A stretch of DNA of 32,000 nt from Candidatus Saccharibacteria bacterium oral taxon 488 (GTDB lineage: Bacteria; Patescibacteriota; Saccharimonadia; Saccharimonadales; Saccharimonadaceae), in the NCBI GenBank assembly GCA_010202845.1, contig CP047921.1, positions 480,001 to 512,000 on the forward strand, in the 5' to 3' direction. Shown piece after piece: positions 10,101 to 17,112 of this stretch; within the stretch, counting starts at the first letter, position 1; every line of letters starts with the position of its first letter. A program made the translations under genes and the position numbers. The notes under the pieces are model-generated. The model searched no databases. It was given only the letters and a program-made list of their open reading frames with translations, and was not told the origin of the DNA.

Positions 10101-11222
10101 CTATTCCGCCACCTCCTCAACCACGCTCATCAAGCTGTCCTCAATATTTTTACGAGGTTTTGCTTCAGGCTTGACAGCCGCCTTTGCCTCAATATCCAGT
10201 TCATAGCCAGTCAACCGGCTTGCCAAGCGAACATTCTGTCCAGCCCGACCGATGGCCACTGACTGCTGATCCTCGCTAACATAGACCGTTGCTCGCTTTT
10301 CATCTTCATTGACCGTCACACTCAGCACTTCTGCTGGACTCATAGCATTAGCGATGAAACCAGCCGCATCTTCCTCAAACGGAATGATGTCAATTTTTTC
10401 CTGCTCGCCAATTTCGTTCATCACTGCCTGAACACGCGTACCGTGACCGCCGACAAACGTACCGACTGGGTCAACACCTGGCAGTGCCGATGCTACCGCC
10501 AATTTAGTGCGGCGACCAGCCTCGCGGGCAATGGCTTTGATCTCCACGGCGCCTGTTTCCATCTCTGGCACTTCCTGGCTGAACAAGAACCGCACAAATT
10601 CTTCATTGCCGCGGCTCAAAATCAACTGCGGACCGCGACCTTCGCGCTCGATGTCCTTGATATAGACCTTGACGCGGCGGCCAACGCCGTAGTACTCGCC
10701 AGGAATTTGCTCGGATTGCGGCATGATGCCAACGGCCTTGCCCAGCTCAATTCGCACCACGCGCGGCTCAACCCGCTGAATCGTACCAGTCACCACTGTA
10801 CCAATTTTATCTTCAAATTCTGCCAGCACCACCTCGCGCTCTGCTTCGCGCAGCCGCTGCAAAATCACTTGCTTGGCAGTCTGGGCTGCCACCCGGCCAA
10901 ACGTCGTCACGTTGTGGGTCTCGACCGTCACTTCGCTGCCTAGCTCAGCCGCCGGATCAACGGTTTTGGCCTCGTCCAGGCTCATTTGATTGACGTCATT
11001 TTCAACCTCTTCAACCACCGTTTTAACAACTGACACCACAGCCGTGCCGCTGTTGATATTCAAGCTGGCACGCACCAATTGCTCGCGCGTGCCGTTATCA
11101 CGCCGCCACGCTGCCGCGATAGCCTGCTCGATCACCTCCAAAACCGTTTCTTCTGGCAGGTTCTTTTCCTCAGCAATCGTCCGCACCGCCAACGTCAATT
11201 GCTTAATATTCAAATCTTCCAT
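10101..11222 (-). CDS. nusA: transcription termination/antitermination factor NusA
   Basis: 373 aa with an N-terminal domain, an S1 domain and two KH domains (GRAGQNVRLASRLTG). AAGGAG SD upstream. Confidence 0.95.
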   Translation of the reverse strand: MEDLNIKQLTLAVRTIAEEKNLPEETVLEVIEQAIAAAWRRDNGTREQLVRASLNINSGTAVVSVVKTVVEEVENDVNQMSLDEAKTVDPAAELGSEVTVETHNVTTFGRVAAQTAKQVILQRLREAEREVVLAEFEDKIGTVVTGTIQRVEPRVVRIELGKAVGIMPQSEQIPGEYYGVGRRVKVYIKDIEREGRGPQLILSRGNEEFVRFLFSQEVPEMETGAVEIKAIAREAGRRTKLAVASALPGVDPVGTFVGGHGTRVQAVMNEIGEQEKIDIIPFEEDAAGFIANAMSPAEVLSVTVNEDEKRATVYVSEDQQSVAIGRAGQNVRLASRLTGYELDIEAKAAVKPEAKPRKNIEDSLMSVVEEVAE

Positions 11223-11281
11223 TATTAGCTCCTTTACGCTATATTATTATACTACGTTTCCTATCAAACGCCCAAGAGACG

Positions 11282-11305
11282 AAAAACTCCGACCTGTTGG
11301 CCGGA
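11282..11305 (-). terminator. intrinsic terminator inside the nusA upstream region
   Basis: Minus-strand RNA UCCGGCC-AACA-GGUCGGA (7 bp including one G-U), followed by GUUUUU. It lies about 60 nt upstream of the nusA ATG. Confidence 0.6.
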
Positions 11306-11420
11306 TGCTTAGTAGTGTAGCATACCCAGGCGGGCAGCGTCAAGTTCAGCCGCCCTATTCACCCATGTCAGCCTGCGAACGGGTATGCGTATCTAACAGA
11401 GGTGGGAGCTCATAGCTATT
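11282..11420 (-). promoter_or_regulatory. structured nusA leader or small RNA of unknown class
   Basis: 8-bp long-range helix between 11320-11327 and 11381-11388. Nested 5-bp and 7-bp helices. A competing 5-bp hairpin 11305-11309/11319-11323. It ends at the terminator above. Confidence 0.4.
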
Positions 11421-11440
11421 CACAATCTTGACAAAAAGCA

Positions 11441-11469
11441 TTGACATTTTCTACTAATAGTGATATATA
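11441..11469 (+). promoter_or_regulatory. strong sigma70-like promoter: TTGACA-17 nt-TATATA with TGn extension
   Basis: Perfect -35 at 11441-11446, with a second TTGACA at 11428-11433. 17-nt spacer, then TGATATATA at 11461-11469. Confidence 0.65.
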
Positions 11470-11590
11470 TCTCAGCCTTTTGACAACTTATCGTAAGTTT
11501 TGTCAACTGCGCTTCGCTGCCGTAGGTCGGATACCTACGGTGGCTTGAGGCGCGGAACGGCCGCACCTCAACAAGTGGAAAGGCGTAAAA

Positions 11591-11917
11591 ATGCTCGAGA
11601 TTTTGACCGTTCTCCTTGTCGGTATCATTGCAACTGGTGTTATAATGATCGTTTTCTCTGAAGGCGAGCTAGTCATCGCTCTGAATGGAGTGATGATGGC
11701 GGTGTTCGGGGCGTCAGCCCTCCTCACCACGGCAAAGATGACAGCAGCCGCACGGCAGCGCAGCCTTGAGTGGCTCTATGAGCCACTCAAGGCTCTGCCC
11801 GAATGGATCATACAAGGAGGAATTGTCGTCACGGCGGCTATGTTTGGCCTCTCTGTCATATTTTTGATGGACAGTCTCGCCGACCTCCTCTGCCGGTGGA
11901 GAAGAAATCGCCACTGA
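11591..11917 (+). CDS. small hydrophobic membrane protein, unknown function
   Basis: 108 aa with 3-4 predicted TM segments. It is preceded by a ~110 nt leader with three hairpins and a weak GGAAAGG SD. It is followed by a long stem-loop. Confidence 0.6.
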   Translation: MLEILTVLLVGIIATGVIMIVFSEGELVIALNGVMMAVFGASALLTTAKMTAAARQRSLEWLYEPLKALPEWIIQGGIVVTAAMFGLSVIFLMDSLADLLCRWRRNRH

Positions 11918-11922
11918 GGTGC

Positions 11923-11960
11923 GGGGCGGGATTGATACAACTGTTTGTATCTCCCGCCCC
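11923..11960. terminator. long stem-loop between convergent genes, with no U-tract
   Basis: GGGGCGGGA pairs with TCCCGCCCC (9 bp). An inner helix pairs GATACAA with TTGTATC (7 bp). Confidence 0.45.
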
Positions 11961-11998
11961 ACTCACATCACTGAACTGAACTTATAATTACACAACTA

Positions 11999-13024
11999 TT
12001 ACATTGCTGGCTGCTGGAGGTAGTGGCCGACGTCCGCTACCAGCTCGACCAGGCGATTAGAGTACCCCCATTCGTTATCGTACCAGACCATGATTTTCAC
12101 CATGTTGCCACCAACGACCTTGGTCAGCGGCAGGTCAACGATGCCAGAATGTGAATTACCGATAAAGTCGCGACTGACCAGCGGCTCTTCACTGACGCCC
12201 AAGATCCCTTGATAGAAACTATCGGCGGCAGCTTTCTTGAACACCTCATTCACCTGCTCGACCGTCACATCACGTCGGAGAAGTGCTGTTACATCACTGA
12301 GCGACACCACTGGTGTTGGCACCCGGACACTCAGGCCGTCAAATTTGCCAGCCAGCTGCGGCAGCGTTTTCGTCACAGCAATGGCCGCACCCGTCGTTGT
12401 CGGCACCATATTTTCAGCCGCGTTGCGACCTTCGCGGAGATCCTTGGCTGGCGCGTCTTGCAATCTTTGGCTGGCGGTGTAGCTATGCACCGTCGTCAGC
12501 ATTGACTTTTCCACGCCAAATTCTGCGTCTAGGACAGCCATCACCGCACCTAAGCTATTGGTTGTACAGCTGGCATTAGAGATTATCGGCGTCGCGTCCT
12601 TAATCTTACTGTCATTCGTACCCAGGACAATTGTATCGACGCCGTCGGATTTGGTTGGTCCGCTGATAACCACACGCTTGGCACCCGCAGTCAAGTGCTT
12701 GCCCGCGCCATCTTTATCAGTAAACAATCCGGTCGACTCGATCACCACATCGATATTCATCTCGCCCCACGGCAAGTTTGCCGGATCTTTTTCCGCCAGT
12801 ACTTTGACGCTTTTTCCATCAACGACCAGTTCGTTTTCTGTAAAATCAACTTGGCGGCCATATTCCCCATAATTGCTATCGTGTTTGAGTAGGTACGCCA
12901 GCGTCTTCGTATCCGTCAAGTCATTGATCGCCACAATTTCTAGATCGCTGCGCTCACGTGCGATCTTAAAGGCACTGCGCCCGATCCGTCCGAAACCGTT
13001 AATTGCTATTTTCGTTATCGCCAT
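11999..13024 (-). CDS. gap: type I glyceraldehyde-3-phosphate dehydrogenase
   Basis: NGFGRIGR NAD-binding motif and SNASCTTN catalytic Cys motif. Start placed at ATG 13024 (MAITKIAING...), preceded by GGGAGGG. The track start at 13048 lacks an SD. Confidence 0.93.
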   Translation of the reverse strand: MAITKIAINGFGRIGRSAFKIARERSDLEIVAINDLTDTKTLAYLLKHDSNYGEYGRQVDFTENELVVDGKSVKVLAEKDPANLPWGEMNIDVVIESTGLFTDKDGAGKHLTAGAKRVVISGPTKSDGVDTIVLGTNDSKIKDATPIISNASCTTNSLGAVMAVLDAEFGVEKSMLTTVHSYTASQRLQDAPAKDLREGRNAAENMVPTTTGAAIAVTKTLPQLAGKFDGLSVRVPTPVVSLSDVTALLRRDVTVEQVNEVFKKAAADSFYQGILGVSEEPLVSRDFIGNSHSGIVDLPLTKVVGGNMVKIMVWYDNEWGYSNRLVELVADVGHYLQQPAM

Positions 13025-13090
13025 GTAATTATCCCTCCCAAGTAGCATTAGCTTTTCTCTAATTATACTACAAAGTTGTATAATAAAACT

Positions 13091-14614
13091 ATGACGCGCG
13101 AGGAATTATTGGATCTGGCGGCACCGCAGTACGATGAGATACCGGTGCTGGTGTTAGATAGCGCTATTGATTACGCTACCAAAAAGCACGCCGGCCAAAA
13201 GCGCAAAAGCGGCGAACCCTACATCACACACCCACTGGCGGTGGCTGGGATTTTAGTGGAATGGGGTATGGATATCGACACAGTGATCGCTGGTGTGCTG
13301 CATGATACGGTTGAGGATACCGATGCGACGCTGGATGAGCTAGAAAGTTTGTTTGGTCGCGATATCGCCTTTCTGGTTGACGGCGTAACCAAGGTTTCAC
13401 AGGCGCGCGCTGGTATGCGCAGCCTTGATAGTTATTTGCCGCACACCAAGGACAACCTCGCCAAACTGATGATCGCGGTTGGCGAGGACATTCGGGTAAT
13501 TATTATCAAGCTGGCGGATCGGCTGCATAATATGCGCACACTTCAATATATGCCGCGCGACAAGCAGAAGAAAATCGCCCGCGAAACGATTGAAGTGTTT
13601 GCGCCGCTGGCGGATCGGCTGAATATGGGGCGCGTCCGCGTGCAGCTGGAAGAGTTAAGCTTTCGGTTTTTAATGCCTAAGGATTTTCAGCGCACTAAGA
13701 GCCTGATGGATAGCCGCCTGAAAAAAAGCCAGCGCAAACTCGCCAAAGTCCGCCGCGACGTTACGGCGCGCCTCCAGAACGAGAGTCTGCAGTTTGAGAT
13801 GGACGGCCGGGTAAAAAGCGTATATAGCTTATTTAAGAAGCTCGACCGCGTTGGCGATATTGATAAGATCTACGACCTGATCGCCCTGCGCATCATCGTT
13901 GATGATTTAGCGACTGGCTATCTGGTATTGGGCGTGCTGCATGAGATGTACCAGCCGTTTTACGAGCGTATCAAAGACTATGTTGCCAACCCTAAGCCAA
14001 ATGGCTATCAAAGCTTACATACGACGATACAAACGCCGACCGGGCAAATTGTTGAGTTCCAGATCCGCACCCGAGACATGCACGAATACGCCGAGCGCGG
14101 TTTGGCGGCCAGCTTTCATTATAACGAACAAAAGATGTCTGACGCCTACCGACAGGGGCGAATTGCTGCGCTACCGACGGATTTAGCGTGGATTCGTGAT
14201 CTACAGGAAACGGCAGCTCGGGCACGCGAGGGTAAATCATTTGATTCAGAGAAATTCCGTATGAAGTTGTTTGAGGATCGAATTTTCGTCTATTCGCCCA
14301 AAGGCGATATTTATGACTTGCCGCGCGGCGCCTTCCCTCTGGATTACGCCTATCGCATTCATTCCGACATCGCAGCGCACGCCAGCGGATTTAAGGTCAA
14401 TGGCGTCATGAAACCATTTACCTATGAATTACAACACGGCGACGTCGTCGAAGTCTTGACCAGCAAATCCGCCAAACCCAAACCAGCCTGGCGCGACATG
14501 GTCATCACGCCGCATGCCAAAACCAAACTGCGCATGCAACTGTCAAAAAGTGGCGGCGTGCTAGCACATTTGACGGGATTAACTGACGGCGTTTCGTCGT
14601 TGTTTCGACGGTAA
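13091..14614 (+). CDS. rel: short RelA/SpoT-homologue (p)ppGpp synthetase/hydrolase with HD, synthetase and TGS domains and no C-terminal regulatory domains
   Basis: HD motif HDTVEDT, synthetase motifs GYQSLHT and EFQIRT..MH..AE, and a TGS domain (IFVYSPKGDIYDLPRGAFPLDYAY). It ends ~40 aa after TGS. ATG 13091 is preferred over the in-frame TTG at 13076. Confidence 0.9.
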   Translation: MTREELLDLAAPQYDEIPVLVLDSAIDYATKKHAGQKRKSGEPYITHPLAVAGILVEWGMDIDTVIAGVLHDTVEDTDATLDELESLFGRDIAFLVDGVTKVSQARAGMRSLDSYLPHTKDNLAKLMIAVGEDIRVIIIKLADRLHNMRTLQYMPRDKQKKIARETIEVFAPLADRLNMGRVRVQLEELSFRFLMPKDFQRTKSLMDSRLKKSQRKLAKVRRDVTARLQNESLQFEMDGRVKSVYSLFKKLDRVGDIDKIYDLIALRIIVDDLATGYLVLGVLHEMYQPFYERIKDYVANPKPNGYQSLHTTIQTPTGQIVEFQIRTRDMHEYAERGLAASFHYNEQKMSDAYRQGRIAALPTDLAWIRDLQETAARAREGKSFDSEKFRMKLFEDRIFVYSPKGDIYDLPRGAFPLDYAYRIHSDIAAHASGFKVNGVMKPFTYELQHGDVVEVLTSKSAKPKPAWRDMVITPHAKTKLRMQLSKSGGVLAHLTGLTDGVSSLFRR

Positions 14615-14945
14615 GCAAAACACTCATACCTCATCCCAGAGGCTACGGCAAACACGACACCTCCTCTGCCAGAGACTGTGAAACGTTCGCGAGTAGCGGA
14701 CGTTTCAGCCGAACGCTCACGAGAAATCTCCAGTGGAGATTTGAGCGAAGAGTGTGTTATGGCGGCGGACGGTGGAGCGCCGGGCGCGGCTTGGCTTCCA
14801 GCCATCTCCTCCAAGTCGAATGCATCCGGCGGGCGCCGTCCGCAAGAACCGTCGACATATCAGAGAGGCTGGCGGTTGCACTGTGTGGCAAACACGGATC
14901 GAATCTTAGATGAGACGTGATACCACCCTGCTTTACACGATAGTA
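14615..14945. other. GC-rich, hairpin-dense noncoding region of unknown class (candidate structured RNA or decayed coding remnant)
   Basis: Several strong helices, e.g. an 11-bp hairpin at 14681-14707 with one U-G pair that only works on the + strand. Also an 8-bp hairpin AAAUCUCC/GGAGAUUU, and a GGACGG/CCGUCC helix enclosing CUUGG/CCAAG and GGCU/AGCC. There is no SD-led ORF. Confidence 0.4.
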
Positions 14946-15479
14946 TTACGCCTGCTCGTTCCAGCGCTCAATCGCCGCTGCCACAACCTGCTTAGCAGCA
15001 TCAACGCCAGCAAATTCTTTAACAATGGTCGAACCTGGCTTTTTCAGATCCTTATAGTGATTGAAATGGAATTCAATTTGCTTAATCAGCTGCGCCGGCA
15101 AATCCTCCAGCGACTGAATGGCATTGCCATTATGGCGATCGTCGCTTGGCACTGCGATAATCTTATCATCAACCTCATCGTCATCAACAAACTTCATCAC
15201 GCCGAGGATTCGCGCCTCGACCACCAGCCCAGTCGTCAGCGGCGTGTCTGTCACTAACAGCACATCCAACTCATCGCCGTCCTCATCCAATGTCTGCGGG
15301 ATAAAACCATAATTAGTCGGCTTGGCAAAGATTGCTGGGTCAACTCGATCCAGCCGCATGACGCCGACGTTCCGATCCCATTCAATTTTATGATTTGACC
15401 CGGCCGGAATCTCCACGACAACGGTGATTTCGCCGTCCTGATAGCTTCCCGGGGTTAATACTTGGTTAAAATCTGCCAT
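14946..15479 (-). CDS. ppa: family I inorganic pyrophosphatase
   Basis: 177 aa with the DEDGDELDVLLV acidic metal-binding motif and the YGFIPQT motif. Confidence 0.93.
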   Translation of the reverse strand: MADFNQVLTPGSYQDGEITVVVEIPAGSNHKIEWDRNVGVMRLDRVDPAIFAKPTNYGFIPQTLDEDGDELDVLLVTDTPLTTGLVVEARILGVMKFVDDDEVDDKIIAVPSDDRHNGNAIQSLEDLPAQLIKQIEFHFNHYKDLKKPGSTIVKEFAGVDAAKQVVAAAIERWNEQA

Positions 15480-15482
15480 ATA

Positions 15483-16415
15483 CTACTCCTCTCTGGCTTT
15501 TTCTTGTAAATATTCACGAATCTGCAATGCCGCCACCGCACCCTCGCCGACCGCCGAAGCGATTTGCATGGTTGCGCCCGAACGTACGTCGCCCGAAGCA
15601 AAGACACCGGGGATATTGGTATGTAAATGCTCGTCGGTAACGATGTGTCCGCCCAAGTCCAGCTCAATACCTGAGTCTACCAAAAACTGCGTGTTTGGAA
15701 TCAAGCCGATGAAAACAAATAAGCCGTCTGCCATAAATTCTTTCTGCTCGCCGTTTTGGGTCGATTTGACACCGTAGAATTTGTCGTCTTTGACGATAAT
15801 TTCATCAGTCGTCGCACCGATATGGACGGTAATTTTGCCCTCATCGACATACTTTTGCAGCTCTTTTTGCAAGACATCGCTGGCGCGCAATTTGCTGCGT
15901 ACCAATAGGTCAATGTGACTGGCGTAGCGAGTTAAAAAGATCGCCTCCTGTACCGCCGAGTTGCCGCCGCCAACGACAATCAAGCACTTGTCACGGTAAA
16001 ATGCGCCGTCGCACGTTGCACAGTAATGCACGCCGCGACCATACAATTCATCTTCGCCCGGCACGCCCAGCTTGCGGTGATTTGAGCCGGTCGCCAGCAG
16101 CACGGCTTTAGTTCGCACTGGCTGACCGTCAACTGTCAATTCCAGCTCACCGTCAACCTGCTTCAGCTCCGTCACGTCACCGTACTCGATATCCGCACCA
16201 AATCGCTCAGCCTGCTGCTGCAGTTCTGACGCCAATTTCATGCCGGTTACACCCTCGGCAAACCCTGGATAATTATCAATCTGATCAGTGATAGCCGCCA
16301 TACCACCAACCACGCCGCGTTCATACAATGTCGTTGGCACATCCTCACGCGACAGGTAAATTGCTGCAGTCAGCGCGCTTGGACCGGCGCCAACGATGAT
16401 AACTTCTTTAGACAT
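15483..16415 (-). CDS. trxB: thioredoxin-disulfide reductase
   Basis: 310 aa. FAD motif GAGPSALTAA, redox-active CATCDG, NADPH motif GGGNSAVQEA. Confidence 0.93.
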   Translation of the reverse strand: MSKEVIIVGAGPSALTAAIYLSREDVPTTLYERGVVGGMAAITDQIDNYPGFAEGVTGMKLASELQQQAERFGADIEYGDVTELKQVDGELELTVDGQPVRTKAVLLATGSNHRKLGVPGEDELYGRGVHYCATCDGAFYRDKCLIVVGGGNSAVQEAIFLTRYASHIDLLVRSKLRASDVLQKELQKYVDEGKITVHIGATTDEIIVKDDKFYGVKSTQNGEQKEFMADGLFVFIGLIPNTQFLVDSGIELDLGGHIVTDEHLHTNIPGVFASGDVRSGATMQIASAVGEGAVAALQIREYLQEKAREE

Positions 16416-17082
16416 TTAGCCCCCTTGATCTGTAATATCGTTTCATAACTTCTGGCATTTCTGGCTGTGGAATCTCCGCTGGTTTTTCGATAGCCATTAC
16501 CACAAATTTGAGTGGCGAATTAGCAGGAATTTTATCACCCTGACTCTTATTGCCATAAGCCTTGTCCGCTGGAATTGTCAATTCACGCACACCGCCAATT
16601 TTCATACCAATCAGCCCCTCTTTCCAGCCCTGAATCACCGACGTATGTGCTGGGCCGTTTACCGCAAACGGCGCTTTCAATTTACCGCTGTTGATTGACT
16701 GATCAAAAATCTCACCCTTGGCATTCCAACCGATGTAGTAAACCGCAAATTTGGTATCATCCTTGACCTCCGCGCCGTCACCCACGACCAAATCTTCTTT
16801 GCCGAGCTCCTTCACGCCAGCAGCCTCAAAGGCGCTGACTCGCGTACTAAACCCCGAAAACTTGCCGTGATATTTACTGTTCAATTCCGCCGTCTGAGCG
16901 TCAACTTTCTTTTGCCACTCCGTGGTTGCTTTTTTATAATCTTCTTGCGCCTGCTTCAGCTCGGCCTGGTCTTTGGCGTCATTGCCTGGCTGCACCATCA
17001 TGGCGATGAACCCGCCAATTGTCCCAACCGCTAATGTCCCCGTGATGATCCATATACCGAGTCGCTGTCCCCTCGTCGCCAT
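16408..17082 (-). CDS. membrane-anchored FKBP-type peptidyl-prolyl cis-trans isomerase
   Basis: 224 aa with an N-terminal TM. FKBP core: VYYIGWNAKGEIFDQS...VIQGWKEGLIGMKIGGVRELTIPADKAYG. Confidence 0.88.
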   Translation of the reverse strand: MATRGQRLGIWIITGTLAVGTIGGFIAMMVQPGNDAKDQAELKQAQEDYKKATTEWQKKVDAQTAELNSKYHGKFSGFSTRVSAFEAAGVKELGKEDLVVGDGAEVKDDTKFAVYYIGWNAKGEIFDQSINSGKLKAPFAVNGPAHTSVIQGWKEGLIGMKIGGVRELTIPADKAYGNKSQGDKIPANSPLKFVVMAIEKPAEIPQPEMPEVMKRYYRSRGLNV

Positions 17083-17112
17083 AATCCTCCTTTATCTTAC
17101 CTTGAAATTATA

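Noticed and set aside
10061-10120. Upstream clpC start at 10120 (MRRWRNRLLSDNRQKRKEGD...).
   Set aside because: It would overlap the nusA 3' end by 20 nt. The extension is not Clp_N-like. A perfect AGGAGG precedes the ATG at 10060.
11361-11390. SRP RNA helix 8: ACCCAUGUCAGCCUGCGAACGGGUAUGCG resembles Bacillus ACCAUGUCAGGUCCGGAAGGAAGCAGCA.
   Set aside because: Only the 5' half matches. The tetraloop is CGAA rather than GNRA, and the conserved 3' GGAAGCAGC Ffh-binding strand is absent. The element also ends in a terminator on the opposite strand.
11478-11590. Fluoride or guanidine riboswitch controlling the 108-aa membrane protein.
   Set aside because: The ORF lacks CrcB motifs (GGxxGAxxRY, TFSTF) and SMR/SugE motifs (the conserved TM1 glutamate context). 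The hairpin loops do not carry the ACGR or crcB-motif consensus.
14422-14920. ORFs 14422-14814 (minus, 130 aa) and 14678-14920 (plus, 80 aa) as independent protein genes in the rel-ppa spacer.
   Set aside because: The minus ORF runs antisense into rel, and its GGAGGAG abuts the ATG with no spacing. The plus ORF has no SD. Both products are low-complexity. The region is better explained as structured RNA or decayed sequence.
14615-14945. Assignment of the GC-rich spacer to RNase P RNA, tmRNA or SRP RNA.
   Set aside because: There are partial look-alikes: UAGAUGA and ACCACCCUGCUUUA near the 3' end, GCAUUCGAC on the minus strand, and an ACCA after ACGUGAU. However, the P4 partner strand and GGAAAGUCC box are missing. 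No T-arm or acceptor pairing can be formed, and no GGAAGCAGC box is present. A covariance-model search is needed before any naming.
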